Under the pieces are notes generated by a model. It ran no database searches. It worked only from the letters and a program-made list of their open reading frames with translations, and was not told where the DNA came from. Of a stretch of DNA of 64,000 nucleotides, positions 1-18,250 are shown one piece after another. Made by a program: the position numbers and the translations under genes. The stretch's first letter is position 1. Each line of letters begins with the position of its first letter. The stretch comes from the human T2T-CHM13v2.0 reference genome, Homo sapiens: NCBI RefSeq assembly GCF_009914755.1, contig NC_060931.1; one strand, given 5' to 3'.

Positions 1-206
1 TGGCCACAGACTGAAGGCTGCACTGTTGACTTCTCTACTTTTGAGGTTTTGGGACTGGGACTGGCTTCCTTGCTCCTCAGCTTACAGATGGCCTATTGTG
101 GGACTTCACCTTGTGATTGTCTGGGTCAATTCTCCTTAATAAGCTCCCCTTCATATATACATCTATCCTATTAGTTCTGTCCGTCTAGAAAACCCCAACA
201 CATACA
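1..206 (+). mobile_element. MLT2A-type ERVL LTR, 3' end
   Basis: Matches the recalled MLT2A 3' consensus (ggccacagactgaaggctgcac...ctattagttctgtc...taca). Confidence 0.8.
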
Positions 207-499
207 CTAGCTTATCAGCAAGTTCTATGGTCTTCACCTTTGAAATAGCCCAGTCCTGGCACCTTCTCATTGTCCCATCATCACTTCTCTCTAACTGGTC
301 TCCATTCCCCAACTTCTCCCTCTTTGGGTTATCTTCTACCAAGAAGCCACAATGTTGATATAAACATGCAAATTGGATCACAGTTGTCCTTTGCTCAAAA
401 TGTTTCCAAGGCATTGATTCACGCTCCGATTAGAGCTCAACAGCCTTACCTAGGGTAAGGCTCTGCAAGGCTATCCCGGGCTCTCCATGATTTGACCTT

Positions 500-1285
500 T
501 GTATCAGGGTCCCAGTGCTGCTATTCCAAATTACCATACACTTAGTGGCTTACAACACAAATTTATTCTTTTATAGCTTTGGAGGCCATAGCTGAGCACA
601 GTGGCTCATGCCTGTAATCCCAGCACTTTGGGAGACGTAGGTGGGAGGATTGCTTGAGGCCAGGAGTTTGAGGTCAGCCTAAGCAATGTAGCAATACCCT
701 ATATTTACAAAAAAAAAAAAAATTAGCCACATGTGGTGGTATATGCCTGTAGTCCCAGCTACTTGGGAGGCTGGGATAGGAGGATCACTTGAGCCCAGGA
801 GTTAGAGGCTACAGTGAGCTGATTGTGCTACTGGACTCCAGCCTGACAGAGTCAGACCCTGTCTCTTAAAAAAAAAATTGGAGGTTAGAAGTATAAAATC
901 AAGGCATCAGCAGGATCACGTTCCTTCTGGAAGCTCTAAGGCAGAATCCATTTCCTCGCTTCTTTCAGCATCTTGAGGCTGCCTGCATCCCTTGGCTCAT
1001 GGGCCCATCCCTCTATCTTCAAAGCCAGCAGTGTTGCATCTCCTGTTCTCTCTGACCTCTGCTTTTGTTCTCACGTCTTCTCTCTATCTACCTGGCCCTC
1101 CTGCCTTCCTCTTATGAAGACCCTTGTGATTACACTGGGGCCACTTTGGTAATCCAGAAGAATCTCTCCTTCTCAAGGCCTTTAATCACATCGGCAAATT
1201 TCCTCTACTGTGTAAGACAGCATAGTCTCAGGTCCAGGGGTTACGACATGGACATCTTGGAAGGGCCATGATTCAGCCCACCACA
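500..1285 (-). mobile_element. MLT1-type MaLR LTR interrupted by an Alu
   Basis: MLT1 motifs (cttagtggcttacaacacaaatttatt; ggctgcctgcatcccttggctcatgg) lie on both sides of the Alu at 590-878. Confidence 0.65.
590..878 (+). mobile_element. Alu (AluJ-like)
   Basis: Dimeric Alu with A-rich linker and tail, diverged. Confidence 0.9.
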
Positions 1286-1489
1286 CCTGCTTAAATTAGC
1301 TCTAACCTTGTCTCTGAATACCTGCGTTAGCACTGTGGCTTTAGCCACACTAGCCATCTTGCAAATCCTGGATACATGAAGTTTGTTCTAGATAACTGCT
1401 ATCCTCTCAGAGAGGCCTTCCCCTTTGCATCCAATTTAGAATAGTCTTCCCCCAATACTTTATTCCCTTGTCCTACTTAAAAAAAAAAA

Positions 1490-1647
1490 CAACTTTTTAA
1501 GAGATGGGGTCTTGCTATGTTGCCCAGGCTGGAGTACAATGGCACAATCATAGCTCACTTCAGCCTCCAACTCCTGGGCTCAAGTGATCCTCCTGCCTCA
1601 GCCTCTGGAGTAGCTGGGACTATGGGCATGCCACCATGCCCATCTAA

Positions 1648-1691
<44 letters not shown>

Positions 1692-1809
1692 TAAAGACAG
1701 TGTCTCATTATGTTGCCCAGGCTGGTCTCAAACTACTGGCTTCAAGCAATCCCTCCACCTCCACCTCCAAAGTTTCCAGGATTACAGGCATGAGCCGCCA
1801 CACCCAGCC
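1490..1809 (-). mobile_element. Alu (AluJ-like) with (TG)n in the linker
   Basis: Both arms present; (TG)n at about 1650-1688 sits at the central linker. Confidence 0.9.
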
Positions 1810-2281
1810 TCATCTTACTTTACCTTTGATAGCACTTATTATTGACCTACTATATATTTATTTGTGCATTTTCCCTCTATCACATGAAATACTATGAGGA
1901 TAGTGATATATATATCTATAGCTCTATATCTATATAAATCTATCCATCTATACACATATACACACATGCACACACACACATTTTGTTTGTTCACTGTTGT
2001 GTCATCAGTATCCAGAAGAGTTTGTGGCACAAAATAAGTACTCAGAAGTATTTGGTGCTGTATGAATAACTGAATGAACAATTATTCATTATTCTAGGTT
2101 TGGAAGGCCTAGATGGGAGGATCGCTTGAAGCCAGGGGTTTGAGACCAGCATAAACAACATAATGAGATCCCATCTTTACAAAAACCAAAAATGGTGGGG
2201 GATGTCTTCAGAGCCTCAGAACTCAGTAGCATTTTAAGCTCCTAAGCTGTAAGTCACTCCGTTTCTCTTCTTCCCACTTCT

Positions 2282-3087
<806 letters not shown>

Positions 3088-3378
3088 TACGCCTTAAGCA
3101 ACTTCCACATGCAGTCCTGGAGGAGGTCCAGAATCTTGGGGGGTGTAAGCTGCCTGTTTCCCTTCCTTCCATCAAAACACTGGACAGGGCGGACACATCA
3201 TCCTATCTGAATACTGTGAAAATCAATGGAATACGAAACCCAACAGAAGCCACAGACCCTGAGGCTGGGGGCGATGATCACTGAACCATGAGGTCACCAT
3301 ATTCCAGCTTGGGCCAGATCGATCTCTCGGTGGTGGTGATGGTTTACACTGGGAACAGTCACCTTTTAAAAATAATAC

Positions 3379-4432
<1,054 letters not shown>

Positions 4433-5272
4433 ATATTGTCTTTCTTTTGGGAGTGAGTTCTGTTGGGACAGAATGAGCAAACAGAATTGCTGAGGTTAGC
4501 ACATAAACTACAAACCAAACAAATAAACAAGAGTGAGACGCGCTGACCACGAGCAGACAGATTTGCCAAATGTTTCTGACTATTATACATCCCCAGCTCT
4601 CTCTTCCTGTGGTTCTATTTTCATCCTTTCCCCTCTTTGGGGAGAAATTCACAGGAGTCTTGCAAACCTTGCTGTACAGCCTGCAAATCAGGAAGGAACC
4701 ACAAAAGTAACAAATTCATTTCCGTAGTAACAGGCTCAGGACCATCCTGGCTGCCAGTACAATGAGCCGATTTAATTCCTTCCCAACAAACATATCCACC
4801 ATTTTAACATGTGAATGGCAGAAGAAAGTTAATCTGAGGGGTCTAGAGAAGATAGCTGGCTGAAAAATTCAGGGTGGGTTCCAAGTCCCAGCGAAGAATC
4901 CAGCACACTGTTAACACAAATCCAAAAGACAGTTGTAAGTTTTCTCTGCTTTGAAAGGAGTGATTCATCATTTCACAGTGACATACAAAGCCCTTGCCCC
5001 ACCGCCGCAAGGCGAACATCTCCTTTGAAAGCTTCATTGTTAAATCCAGCAGGGTCCTTAGGACAGCTCAAAGTCACAGCAGCCCAAGTTGGAATAGGCT
5101 GGCCTGAAGTGCCCTGGAAGGGATTTTCGGCAGATCCTGCCTTTCCCTTCAGTGTCCAATGCTTCAGCCACTGCCACGCCCCCTTAGCATGTCACTCACG
5201 TCTTTCTGTTGAAAGGAATCAGGATAAAGCTTCATGTGCTCTTTCATTCATGCAAGAGTCTGCGGTCAATTA

Positions 5273-5604
<332 letters not shown>

Positions 5605-6097
5605 TTATGGGGTAGCATTCTGCAATGAGGATCCAAGCTGAGAAATGGTGTTCGCTGCTGAAGAATTCACATTCTACTGGGGCACAGAGACATGCCCTGA
5701 AACCATAAAAATGGGGGCATAGCAAAATAGGATTAGGTACAAAGTGCTGTGAGAACTTAGGGGAGAGAGTGCCTACCTTAGTTGAAGGAACCATGAGCTG
5801 CATCGTAGAGGGTGAGTGAGATTTTGCTAAGGGAAAATTCTGAACGGAGGAAAGTCTAAATAATGTTGCAAATGTGTGAAGGTGTAAGGAGGATGGCACG
5901 GTTGGGGAGCGCCGAGGGATTTTGTGCGGTAGGGGTGGGGGTGTCAGGAGGAGATCTGTGAGGTTGGCAAGACGGATACAGTTCTGCTCATCAGGATCTT
6001 GAAACTCATACTCAAGTGTTTGGGCTTGATCTGTAAAGTCAAGTGCACCAGGCACACACCACGGATGGTTTTAGCTGGCAAGTCCATAATTATGCTT

Positions 6098-6393
<296 letters not shown>

Positions 6394-7059
6394 ATGATTA
6401 TGTTTATAGTTTTGGAAAAGAGCTCTGGTAGCAAACATAGGGGGAGGGAGATTAGAGCGGGGGTCTCTGCAAAAGTCAAAGCAAGAGGTCATCAAGGTGT
6501 GAATTGAGGCAGCCACAGTGCAGGAGAGAGGAGGCAATGCAAGTAAAACATGCTCAGGGATGTAGAGTTAGCAGAGTCTGGCAAAGGCTGGAGATGGAGG
6601 GTGAGAAGGAGGAGAGCAGGTGGACAAGGCTTACTTTGAATTACACAGTGAATGCTGCTACCGAGAATGTGTGTGCAAAATGTGTTGCAATAAATGATGG
6701 CGGCTTGGGTGTTGCGGGCTTGGAGGGCATGATTCGTTCAACCTGGGACCCGCGGAGTTTGACATGTCTGTAGGGCAACTGGTGCATATGTGCATTAAAC
6801 TTGCAACCATGGCACTAAAGTTTTGAAATGAGTCTGGGCGTAGAAAGAGAGCTGCGAGGATCATAGGGAAGTCTGGGATAAAAGCATAGGATGGAATAAG
6901 ACCTCCCAGAGTTTGGGGGCAATGTAATATAAGAAGAGGGCTAAGGAGTAGGGTCTGGGGAACAAAAATGCTTAAGATGCTGGAAGAAGAAGAGAAGGCT
7001 GAGAAAGAACAGTCAAACAATTTTGGCTAACTGGGAACAAAAAGCATCTGAAAAACCAA

Positions 7060-7310
7060 CGGGCTGCTAATGGGCGTGGGTTTATTTTGGGGGGAGATGA
7101 AAATGTTCTAAAATCGACTGTAGGGATGACTGCAGAACTCTATGAATATACTGAAAACCGCTGACTTGTGCACTAAAAGTGGGCGATTGTATGGTTTGTG
7201 GATTGTATCTCCATGAAGCCATTATCGAGAGAGAGAGAGAAAGACATTTTTTCTTAAAAAAAAAAAAAAAAGCAAAAAAACAAAAAAACAAAACAAAACA
7301 AAAAAGCAAT
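7060..7310 (+). mobile_element. Old L1M 3' end with (GA)n/A-rich tail
   Basis: gatgaaaatgttctaaaa...tgaatatactgaaaacc resembles the L1MB-type 3'UTR. Confidence 0.6.
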
Positions 7311-7902
7311 GAATACCTATGTCCAATACAGCCAAAGGTCAATAAAGAAACGGCTAAAAAGTAGTCTTTGATGTTGCTAATTAGGACAGTAGCGTTGATC
7401 TCAGGGAAGGAGGCATCAATAAAGTGAAGGGAACAGAAAGCATATGGCAATAGGTTGGGTGAGAAGGGAGTTAGTCGTTTCTAGGGTAGGTCGGTGGTTA
7501 ACAATCACAGGCAGAGTTCGGAGCTGGTAGTGAGGAAGTGGAAAGGAGGTGGTGGCAAGAGGGGTGACGTGATGGGGCCCATTCCTAGAGGAGAAAGGGG
7601 AGGAGGGCAGGGGACCCAGAGCTTGGGGTGGGGTGCTTTGGGCAGAAGGAGACACCATGATGCCACTGAGTTTGGCAAATGAGGCAAAAGAATGAACAAT
7701 GTTCACCTTCGATGTTCCCTTTTGTTCACAATGTAGGAATCCAGGCCACCGCTGAGGAGGGAAGCCGCAGTGTGGTGAGGAGATCAGGAAAGGTAGGAAC
7801 AACTTGGGGTACCAGCTACACAGAACAGAAAATGTACAGGCTGGGGACAGGTGCAGGAACTGCACCCCAGTGCCCAGGACCCAGGTGCGATGTGAGATCA
7901 GG

Positions 7903-8835
<933 letters not shown>

Positions 8836-8886
8836 TTATTTGAGTTGAATCCCCTTCCATTCCCTGAATGAGAGCAATGAGAATGA

Positions 8887-9061
<175 letters not shown>

Positions 9062-9539
9062 GAGAACAGAATTTTTAGGAACAGAACCCAAGACGGGCAC
9101 ATCAGCCATGACAAATGGTGCCTTGGAAGTTGCTATGCTCTGGAGCCATTACTTGTTTATAAGGTGTGGGACTAGTCCATGTTCTCCAACCAGACTGTGA
9201 CATAAAACACTCATCTTCCCTTCCCTCCTTTCCAAACAGTTCCTGGGCTTCTGATTCCCTCTTTCTCTCTCCATACTGTGTTCCTCCTTTATTCTAGCAA
9301 TACTTTGTTAAAGTCTTTAAAGACCTTTCATTACAGTAGCAACACATGCTCATATAAAATAGAAAAAATTATTAAGAAGAAAAAAAATTATCCATAATAT
9401 TTTATCTAGACATAACTACTGATAGTATTTGGTATATCTCTTTCCAATATCTTTCCATGCACCTATACCTATATACCTATACCTACATGCACCTATGTTT
9501 TAACATTGTTAAGGTCAAATGTGCAATTTTGTTTTCTAG

Positions 9540-9840
9540 CTTTTTTTTTTTTTTTTTGAGATGGTGTCTTACTCTGTTGCCCAGACTGGAGTGCAGTGGT
9601 GCAGTTATGGCTCACTGCAGCCGGAAACTCCCCAGGTTCAGATGATCCTCCCACTTCAGCCTCCTGAGTAGCTGAGACTACAGGCATGCACCACCACGCC
9701 CAGCTCATTTTTGTATGTTTGGTAGAGACAGGGCTTTGCTATTTTGTTCAGCCTAGTTGCGAACTCCTGGGCTCAAGCAATCCACCCACCTCAGCCTCCC
9801 AAAGTGCTGGGATTACAGATGTGAGCCACCATGCCTGGCC
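9540..9840 (-). mobile_element. Alu (AluJ-like)
   Basis: Full-length antisense Alu. Confidence 0.9.
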
Positions 9841-10436
9841 TTGTTTCCTAACTTTCAACCTAAATGTCTACCCTTTAAAAACCTTCTCCTAGTTATTAAA
9901 TCTAATTGTAAACACAATTTTCATGGCTGTATAATATTCGACATACAGATATACCATAACATAGGAACATTCTTGTGTTCTTAGTTTGTTTCGATTTTTA
10001 TTGTATTAAAAATGCGACAAAAGCAAAGGAACTCTAATTTTTGTCCACAGCTCTTGCTTCCTAGAAATCGAACTATTAGTTCAAGTCACCATGAATATTT
10101 TAAAGATTCTGGATACCTGCTTCCCAATTGCTTTTCAGAAGGCTCATTATTCTTCTGGACTTACTCGACACAAGTCATGTTCAAGGGAGCCTTGTTCCAA
10201 CTTCCATGGTGCTTTCTCCAGAAGCTGCCTATCAAACTGGTTAAGAGCAGGGACTCTGGAGCAGAATTATTTATCCTAGACTCCCACCTCTGCCACGGCT
10301 GTTGTCTTTCGGGAAGCTACTTAGCTTTTTGGTGCCTCCATTTTCCCATCAATAAAATGGGAGGATAATGACAGTGCCTATTACATAGGGTTCTTGAGAG
10401 AACTAAAAGTATCAGAATTTGTAAAGTGCTTTCCTA

Positions 10437-10835
<399 letters not shown>

Positions 10836-11148
10836 TCATGCCTGTCTCGGTATTCAGAGCTCCCAGCTTGGTGACTGGCACACAGGTACTCAATAAATAA
10901 ATGTTTATTGAAGTGCACAGAACCTTGGCCACATTGAATATTTTCATCACTATTTAATATTTGCTGATTTGATAGTCTGACATTGTATCTTGTGCTAATT
11001 TATATTTCTTTTACCATGAATGAAGTTTGATAGATTTTTAAAAAATGATTATTGGCCATCTATTTTTCTGCTTTCATTCATCTGTTCCTGCTTTTTGCTT
11101 ACCTAACTATTGAGATTCTAGTATTTTTCTCATAAAATAAAGATCCAG

Positions 11149-11427
11149 GGCCAGGCGCAGTGGCTCACGCCTGTAATCCCAGCACTTTGGGAGGCCGAGG
11201 TGGGCGGATTACTTGAGGCCAGGAGTTCGAGACCAGCCTTGGGCAACAAGGCGAAAGCCCGTCTCTACTAAAAATGCAAAAATTAGCCAGGAATGGTGGT
11301 GCCCACCTGTAATCCCCGCTACTCAGGAGAATCGCTTGAGCCTGGGAGGCAGAGGTTTCAGTGAGCCGAGATCATGCTATTGCAATCCTGGATGACAGAG
11401 TGAAACTCCATTTCCCCCCAAAAAAAA
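11149..11427 (+). mobile_element. Alu (AluS), short internal deletion
   Basis: Both arms; right arm lacks ggaggctgagg. Confidence 0.9.
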
Positions 11428-11921
11428 TCCAAATTATTTTCAATAATTATTATAGATATTTTTCCTGGTTTCTTGTGTGACTTTCAATTTCATGTATGCT
11501 GGGCTTTGAGAGCAGAGTAAACAGAGGGGCTTACAAAGCCCTCCTCATTCACAGGCTTGAGAAATATCTACTTCTGTCTCCTTTCACATTTTGTATGTTC
11601 TGAGTTTTGTATGTTTCTAATAGTTAAATAATTAACAAAACAGCTAACTCTCTACCTAATAAATGACGTGAGAACCACGTCATTTTTTTTTTGGAGACAA
11701 ACTTATTTTTGTCTGCATGTCCTAGCTTTTAGGAAGCTTAAAATGATCATTGAGGTGTGATGTGTCCAAGTAAATTACAACTTGCAAGGCTTTGAAATTG
11801 ACTCTGAAAAGCCAATAAAAAGGTTCTGTTTAATAACTCCTTTCTTTCATTTTCTTTTCCTTGTTCATTACGTTAGATACCACTGTTAACAGCCCACATT
11901 TTCTTGATAAGCTATCTTATC

Positions 11922-12534
<613 letters not shown>

Positions 12535-13105
12535 CTATTCTCGGGATGTCAAGAAGAAAATGCCGTGAGATGAACCATTAAGGTTTCCTCTGAGCCTCTT
12601 TAGTTCTGCCCATTGCAAGATTTGGGCCTCTCTGGGAATAGAGGAGCTGACATGAAGGCTAAGGAAATAATATTGGTCCAAAGATCATCTCTTAGAGATC
12701 TGTGTATGTTTTCTCTGTGAATCAGGCTTGTACTCCTTCCCATGATGCTGCCCACCTAGACATCACACAACTTGATAAAATCTCCCAGGATTTAAAAAGC
12801 TTGGCAAGACTCGTTTTTTATATTCTGTCACGTTCTTCAGGACTCAAACTCCTATAGCTACTGAAACTGGGTTCTGATGCCTTGTGCCTGATGTCCTAGC
12901 ACAGCCAGAGCCCTACTTGTGGAGTAACCCTTAGTGATTTTTAGTGCTTCCTTTGTCCCATCTGATGTCTTTATTTATAAACGGGTTTAATTCTGGACCT
13001 ATTATACTGTTGATTTCACTGATTTAAATACTATAACTTTATACTGTGTTTTAATATCCCATTGGCCAAGTCTCACTTATTCCTTCTATCCCCACTCAAC
13101 CAGAA

Positions 13106-13364
13106 AGACAGGATCTTGCTCTGTTGCCTAGGCTGGAGTGCAGTGGCATGATCACGCCAACCAGGCTGTCACCTCAGCCTTCTGAATTGCTGGGACTACA
13201 GGCACACGCTACTATGCCTGGCTAATTTTTAAATTTTTTTTGTAGAGACGGAGTCTCGTTATGTTGCCCAGGTTGTTCTCAAACTCCTGGCCTCACTCAG
13301 GTGATCCTCCCACCTCGACCTCCCAGAGTGGTGGGATTACAGGCATGAGCCACCATACCCAGCT
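13106..13364 (-). mobile_element. Alu (AluJ-like), internally deleted
   Basis: Alu arms with part of the right arm missing. Confidence 0.8.
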
Positions 13365-13758
13365 CAATCAATTATTTTCTTCAAGGTCTTAAGTTTTTAT
13401 TCTGTATTCCAGATGAGATTAGAATATATCTGCCATTTCAATAAAAGTTCCATTGGAATTTTGATTCAGAGCACAATGATCTATGCATTAATCTGAAGGA
13501 AATAAAAGAAAAACCCGTAGTGTTATTTATTTTGCTTTCTGAGAGCATGATATGTTTTTTCACTTAAATCAACTCTTAGTTTAGTTTTCAGTAGTTTAAT
13601 TTGTATCAATTCTGTATATTTCTTATTAAGGTTATTCCTGTGTGCTTTATATTTTTGTTGTTACTAGAAATGAAGTTTCCATATTTCTGACTGGTTATTG
13701 ATAAGAAAAACAGACTGCAATGTTTGTGTTGCATTCAGCTACCTTGAATTTCATTTTC

Positions 13759-14048
13759 TTTTTTTGGAGACAGGGTCTTGCTCTGTTGCCCAGTCTGGAG
13801 TGCAGTGATGCAGTCTTGGCTCACAGCAACCTCTGCCTCCTGGGCTCAAGCGAGCCTCTCATCTCAGCCTCCCCAGTAGCTGAGACCACAAGGGTACATC
13901 ACCACGTCCAGCTAATATTTGTATTTTTTGTACAGACGAGGTTTTCCTATGTTGCCCAGGCTGGTCTCAAACTCCTGGGCCCAAGCAATCCACCTTCCTT
14001 GACCTCCCAAAATGTTGGGATTACATACATGAACCATTGTGCCCGGCC
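13759..14048 (-). mobile_element. Alu (AluJ-like)
   Basis: TSD ttgaatttcattttc 13744-13758 / 14049-14063. Confidence 0.9.
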
Positions 14049-14609
14049 TTGAATTTCATTTTCAATTTGTGTGTAATTTTAAGTGATTCTCTTGACAATT
14101 TTCTCTCTTTTCTTTTTTTTTGAGACAGAGTCTCGCTCTGTTGCTCAGGCTGGAGTGCAGTGGCGTGATAACTTTATCTCATTTTAATTGTTCCTCTTGT
14201 TTTGATTTCATAGAATTGTCTACAACTTTCAGAAAATGTTAAATAAGATGATCGTAGTTCTCATTCATTCGACAAGAGTGACATGACTCATTTTGTTTCT
14301 GCTTTTGGTAGAAGCACCTCTCATGTATCACCTTTGGCTGGGCTGACTTTCCCCACTCCCTGGTGAAATTTCCAATTCTCTTTTATGGGGTCTAAATTCT
14401 GATATAAATATTACATTCATGCCAGGTGCCCAACAAAATTCTCTGTAAGAGTTATGACAGAATGACAAGGTAATATACAGAAGAACAAAAATGACCGTTT
14501 AAGGAAGAAATCTGAGAAGAAAAATGACTCCTGCTAGAGATGTACCTACTAAGGCATGGATTCCTTCCAGTCATTCATTAGAGTTCGTGCTTGACTCTAG
14601 CTGAGAATG

Positions 14610-14672
14610 AAAGTAATGTGGAACTATCACTTTTAATGGCAAAAACAGCAGTGACTTTTACACCAATCTAAT
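14610..14672. mobile_element. Partial MADE1 (Hsmar1-derived MITE)
   Basis: acttttaatggcaaaaacagcagtgacttttacaccaatctaa matches the MADE1 right half. Confidence 0.7.
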
Positions 14673-15153
14673 GGTTCCATCCCATCATTACCTTAGATTC
14701 TAAACTAATAGGAGGGAGGCTCCAAATGTCAATTGTTAATAAACTTGGAACCACACTGGCCACAGAAGTATCTTAATGTGCTTATTTCCTGAGAATAATG
14801 ATCTCAGTAGGCTCCCTAAAATAGGAGTGGGCTGCCCTGTATAGTGCCTGCTGTGCCCAGAAGCCAACTGAATTCTACAAAGGGCACCAATTATTCTGAA
14901 AATGACACTCACAATACCTTTCCATTTTAATAATATACGCTTTAATGTTTTTTAACCGTCCATTCATTTGCAGTTGTTGCCCAGATGAGGAGGGACGTGA
15001 TTTGATTGGTAATGTCACATTTCTTTGCAGGGCACCAAGCCTCATACATAATACAAATATCTGACTATCTGTGACTACATAAACTCGACAATTGAGGGCT
15101 GATTTGTCACCAAATATCATCTCTCTTTACTAATTCAGTGTGTCTCTAGAGAA

Positions 15154-16189
15154 CTTCTTTCTTTCTTACAAGCTCAGCACTTCCTCATGTTTAATAAAAG
15201 ATTAGGTTTCCCAAAAAATAGCTGAGCAGGTTAAAATGGAATCATGCTTACAAGGCCTGATGCAACAGTTCCCAGTTTCTCACTAAAATACTTGCGAAAG
15301 AACAAAAAACAATAAACACCGAAATTAGATGAGAATCTTATGGGAATTCACAATGAAAGGCCTGTGATGCTGGATTCACAGACAGGATAGGAGGGCCTTG
15401 TGTAGGTCCATCAAGCTTCCTGCTCTTGAGTATGAAAGGAAGGAGGACCAGGCTTTGAGAAACTCTCAGTGTGTGTCCATCTCACATAGGCCCTGAGAGC
15501 CTCAGACTGAACCAACAGCAAAGCTGGGCACACGTCTTTGTTCTGAGGCAGCCAGAGAGCTCTTAGCTCCTCTCCACCTCCACTCTCATTTTAACTTCCT
15601 TCTCTGTCCATACAGAGCTGCAGTTCCCTGATAGCATTCTGCTCCCAAACAGAGGAGAATGGCGAGATTCCTGGGAGGAGGGTTCTCTTCTGCAGAGCAT
15701 TGCATGTTTGCCAAGGAGGAAAAAGAAACGCGCTGTGGCAGAGGTTTTCCCTATATTCTACATTTTTGTGTTTCAATGAGCCAGGAAATAAGGCTATGAG
15801 AAGACCCCCATCTCAGTCTAGCAGAAACTTATTGGAGGGTCATTTGCTAAAAACAAAGCAAAACAAAAATCCCTGGAAACTTGCAGGCAGCCCTGGAAAT
15901 GTGTTCATCCACCAACACAAGAGAAAGCTTTATGGACCTACAAAAGGCCTCCTGTAATATCTGTGAGTCCAGCATCACAGGCCTTTCGTTGTGAATTCCT
16001 GTAAGATTCGCATTTAATTTTGGTGTTTATTGTTTTTTGTTATTTCAGAAGTATTTTAGTGAGAATTTGGGAACTGTTGCACCGGGACTTGTAAGCATAA
16101 TTTCATTTTAACCTGCTCAGCTATTTCTTGGAAATGTAATCTTTTATTAAACATAATATTAAGTGCTGAGCTTGTAAGAGAGAAAGAAG
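15154..16189. repeat. Long inverted repeat: arms 15154-15428 and 15918-16189, ~490-bp spacer
   Basis: The reverse complement of the right arm aligns to the left arm over ~275 bp at about 87% identity (manual alignment). Confidence 0.95.
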
Positions 16190-16750
16190 GGGGATTCTAC
16201 AAAAGGGCCGGTTGGAAGAACCAAGCACTTGCTATTCTGTTGGTAAACACCAGCTCAGCACACATTTCTTCCTGTCCAAGGATAAAAGAACAGAAAACAA
16301 AAATTTCACCTTGAGCCTCTGGAAACACAAGGTAAAGGGAAGATAATTGTGACTGCTCAGATTAAATATGCCATCTTTGAAATTTATTTTCTAATGAAAA
16401 GGAAGGAAATTGAGCATTTCCTTCTTCTTCTTAACAGGATGCAGAAAGATCCTGCAATGGGAAATGAGGAGAGGGGCTGGGGGGAAGATAATATCAACCC
16501 AGGCCTCAAAATATTTCTGTTAGTGTTCAAATCTAGTATCCCACAAATAATAAAAAATAGTGTGGCCTATGAAGAGACAACACATTATGAACCCAAACCA
16601 GCAAAAACAGCAGAGAACAGAAACAGACTTGGAGGGAATTCCAATATTGAGGCTATCAGACACAGACTGTAAAGCAATGTGGTTTACAATGTTCATGGAA
16701 GAAAAAACCAAGCTTGAGAATGTTGTCAATCTAGCCAAGGAGTAGTGTTG

Positions 16751-16765
16751 GAAAAAAACAAAAAA

Positions 16766-16796
<31 letters not shown>

Positions 16797-16833
16797 GGGA
16801 GGGAGGGGGGGGGAGAGAGAGAGAGAGAGAGAG
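16751..16833. repeat. Poly-A plus (GA)n/G-rich simple repeat
   Basis: Directly visible. Confidence 0.9.
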
Positions 16834-16898
16834 AATGTTGGCAATCAATTGGAAACTATCAGAAAGAACACAGACATTGCAAATAAAGAAAAATAGTT

Positions 16899-17158
<260 letters not shown>

Positions 17159-17855
17159 TTAAAACTCAATAGTTGGGTGTAACAGCAGATTGGACATGGC
17201 TGATAAAAGGATTTAGGAACTGAAATGTAGGTCAAAATGAATACTCCTGAATGATACCGGTAGAGGACAGAGAATACAAGAGACATAAAGCATACTGTGA
17301 GAAGATCTGACATAAGGTTTATTCCAGAGTTTCACAAGGAGAGGAGATAGAGAATGAGGCAGAAGCAATATGTGGGGGCTTAAAGGCTAAAATATACAAG
17401 CCATGGTTTGAAGAAGCCCAACAAAGCCCAAGGAAGACACATAAAATGAAATCCACAACTGGACACGTCATAGTAAAACTTGAAAAATGCAAAGACATAG
17501 CAAAAACCTCCAAAGAGGCCACAGAAAAAATAAGAAGTTACTCTTAAAGAAGCAATAGAGAGACTGATGGCTGACAGATTGCCCTCAAGAAATAGCATCC
17601 AGATAGAGAAGACTCATCTCAACAACAATGGATACAAGAAGACACTGGAATAATATAATCTCATTTGAATGAGAAAGTGACTGCTTGCTTAGAAATTTAT
17701 TCCAGAAATAAGGGGCATAACTTAGAAATTAGAAGACAAAATTACAGTTATTGAACTGTATAGAATCATATATCCATAGAAGCTAAGAGACTAAGGTTCA
17801 ATAGGGTGAATAAAATTCAGCAAAACCCAATGACTTCTGTAAGCCAAAATACTAA

Positions 17856-18250
<395 letters not shown>

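Noticed and set aside
15154-16189. Interpretation as a DNA transposon with long terminal inverted repeats
   Set aside because: No TSD, no recognisable TIR terminus and no transposase remnant in the spacer. Not fully excluded without a Dfam search.
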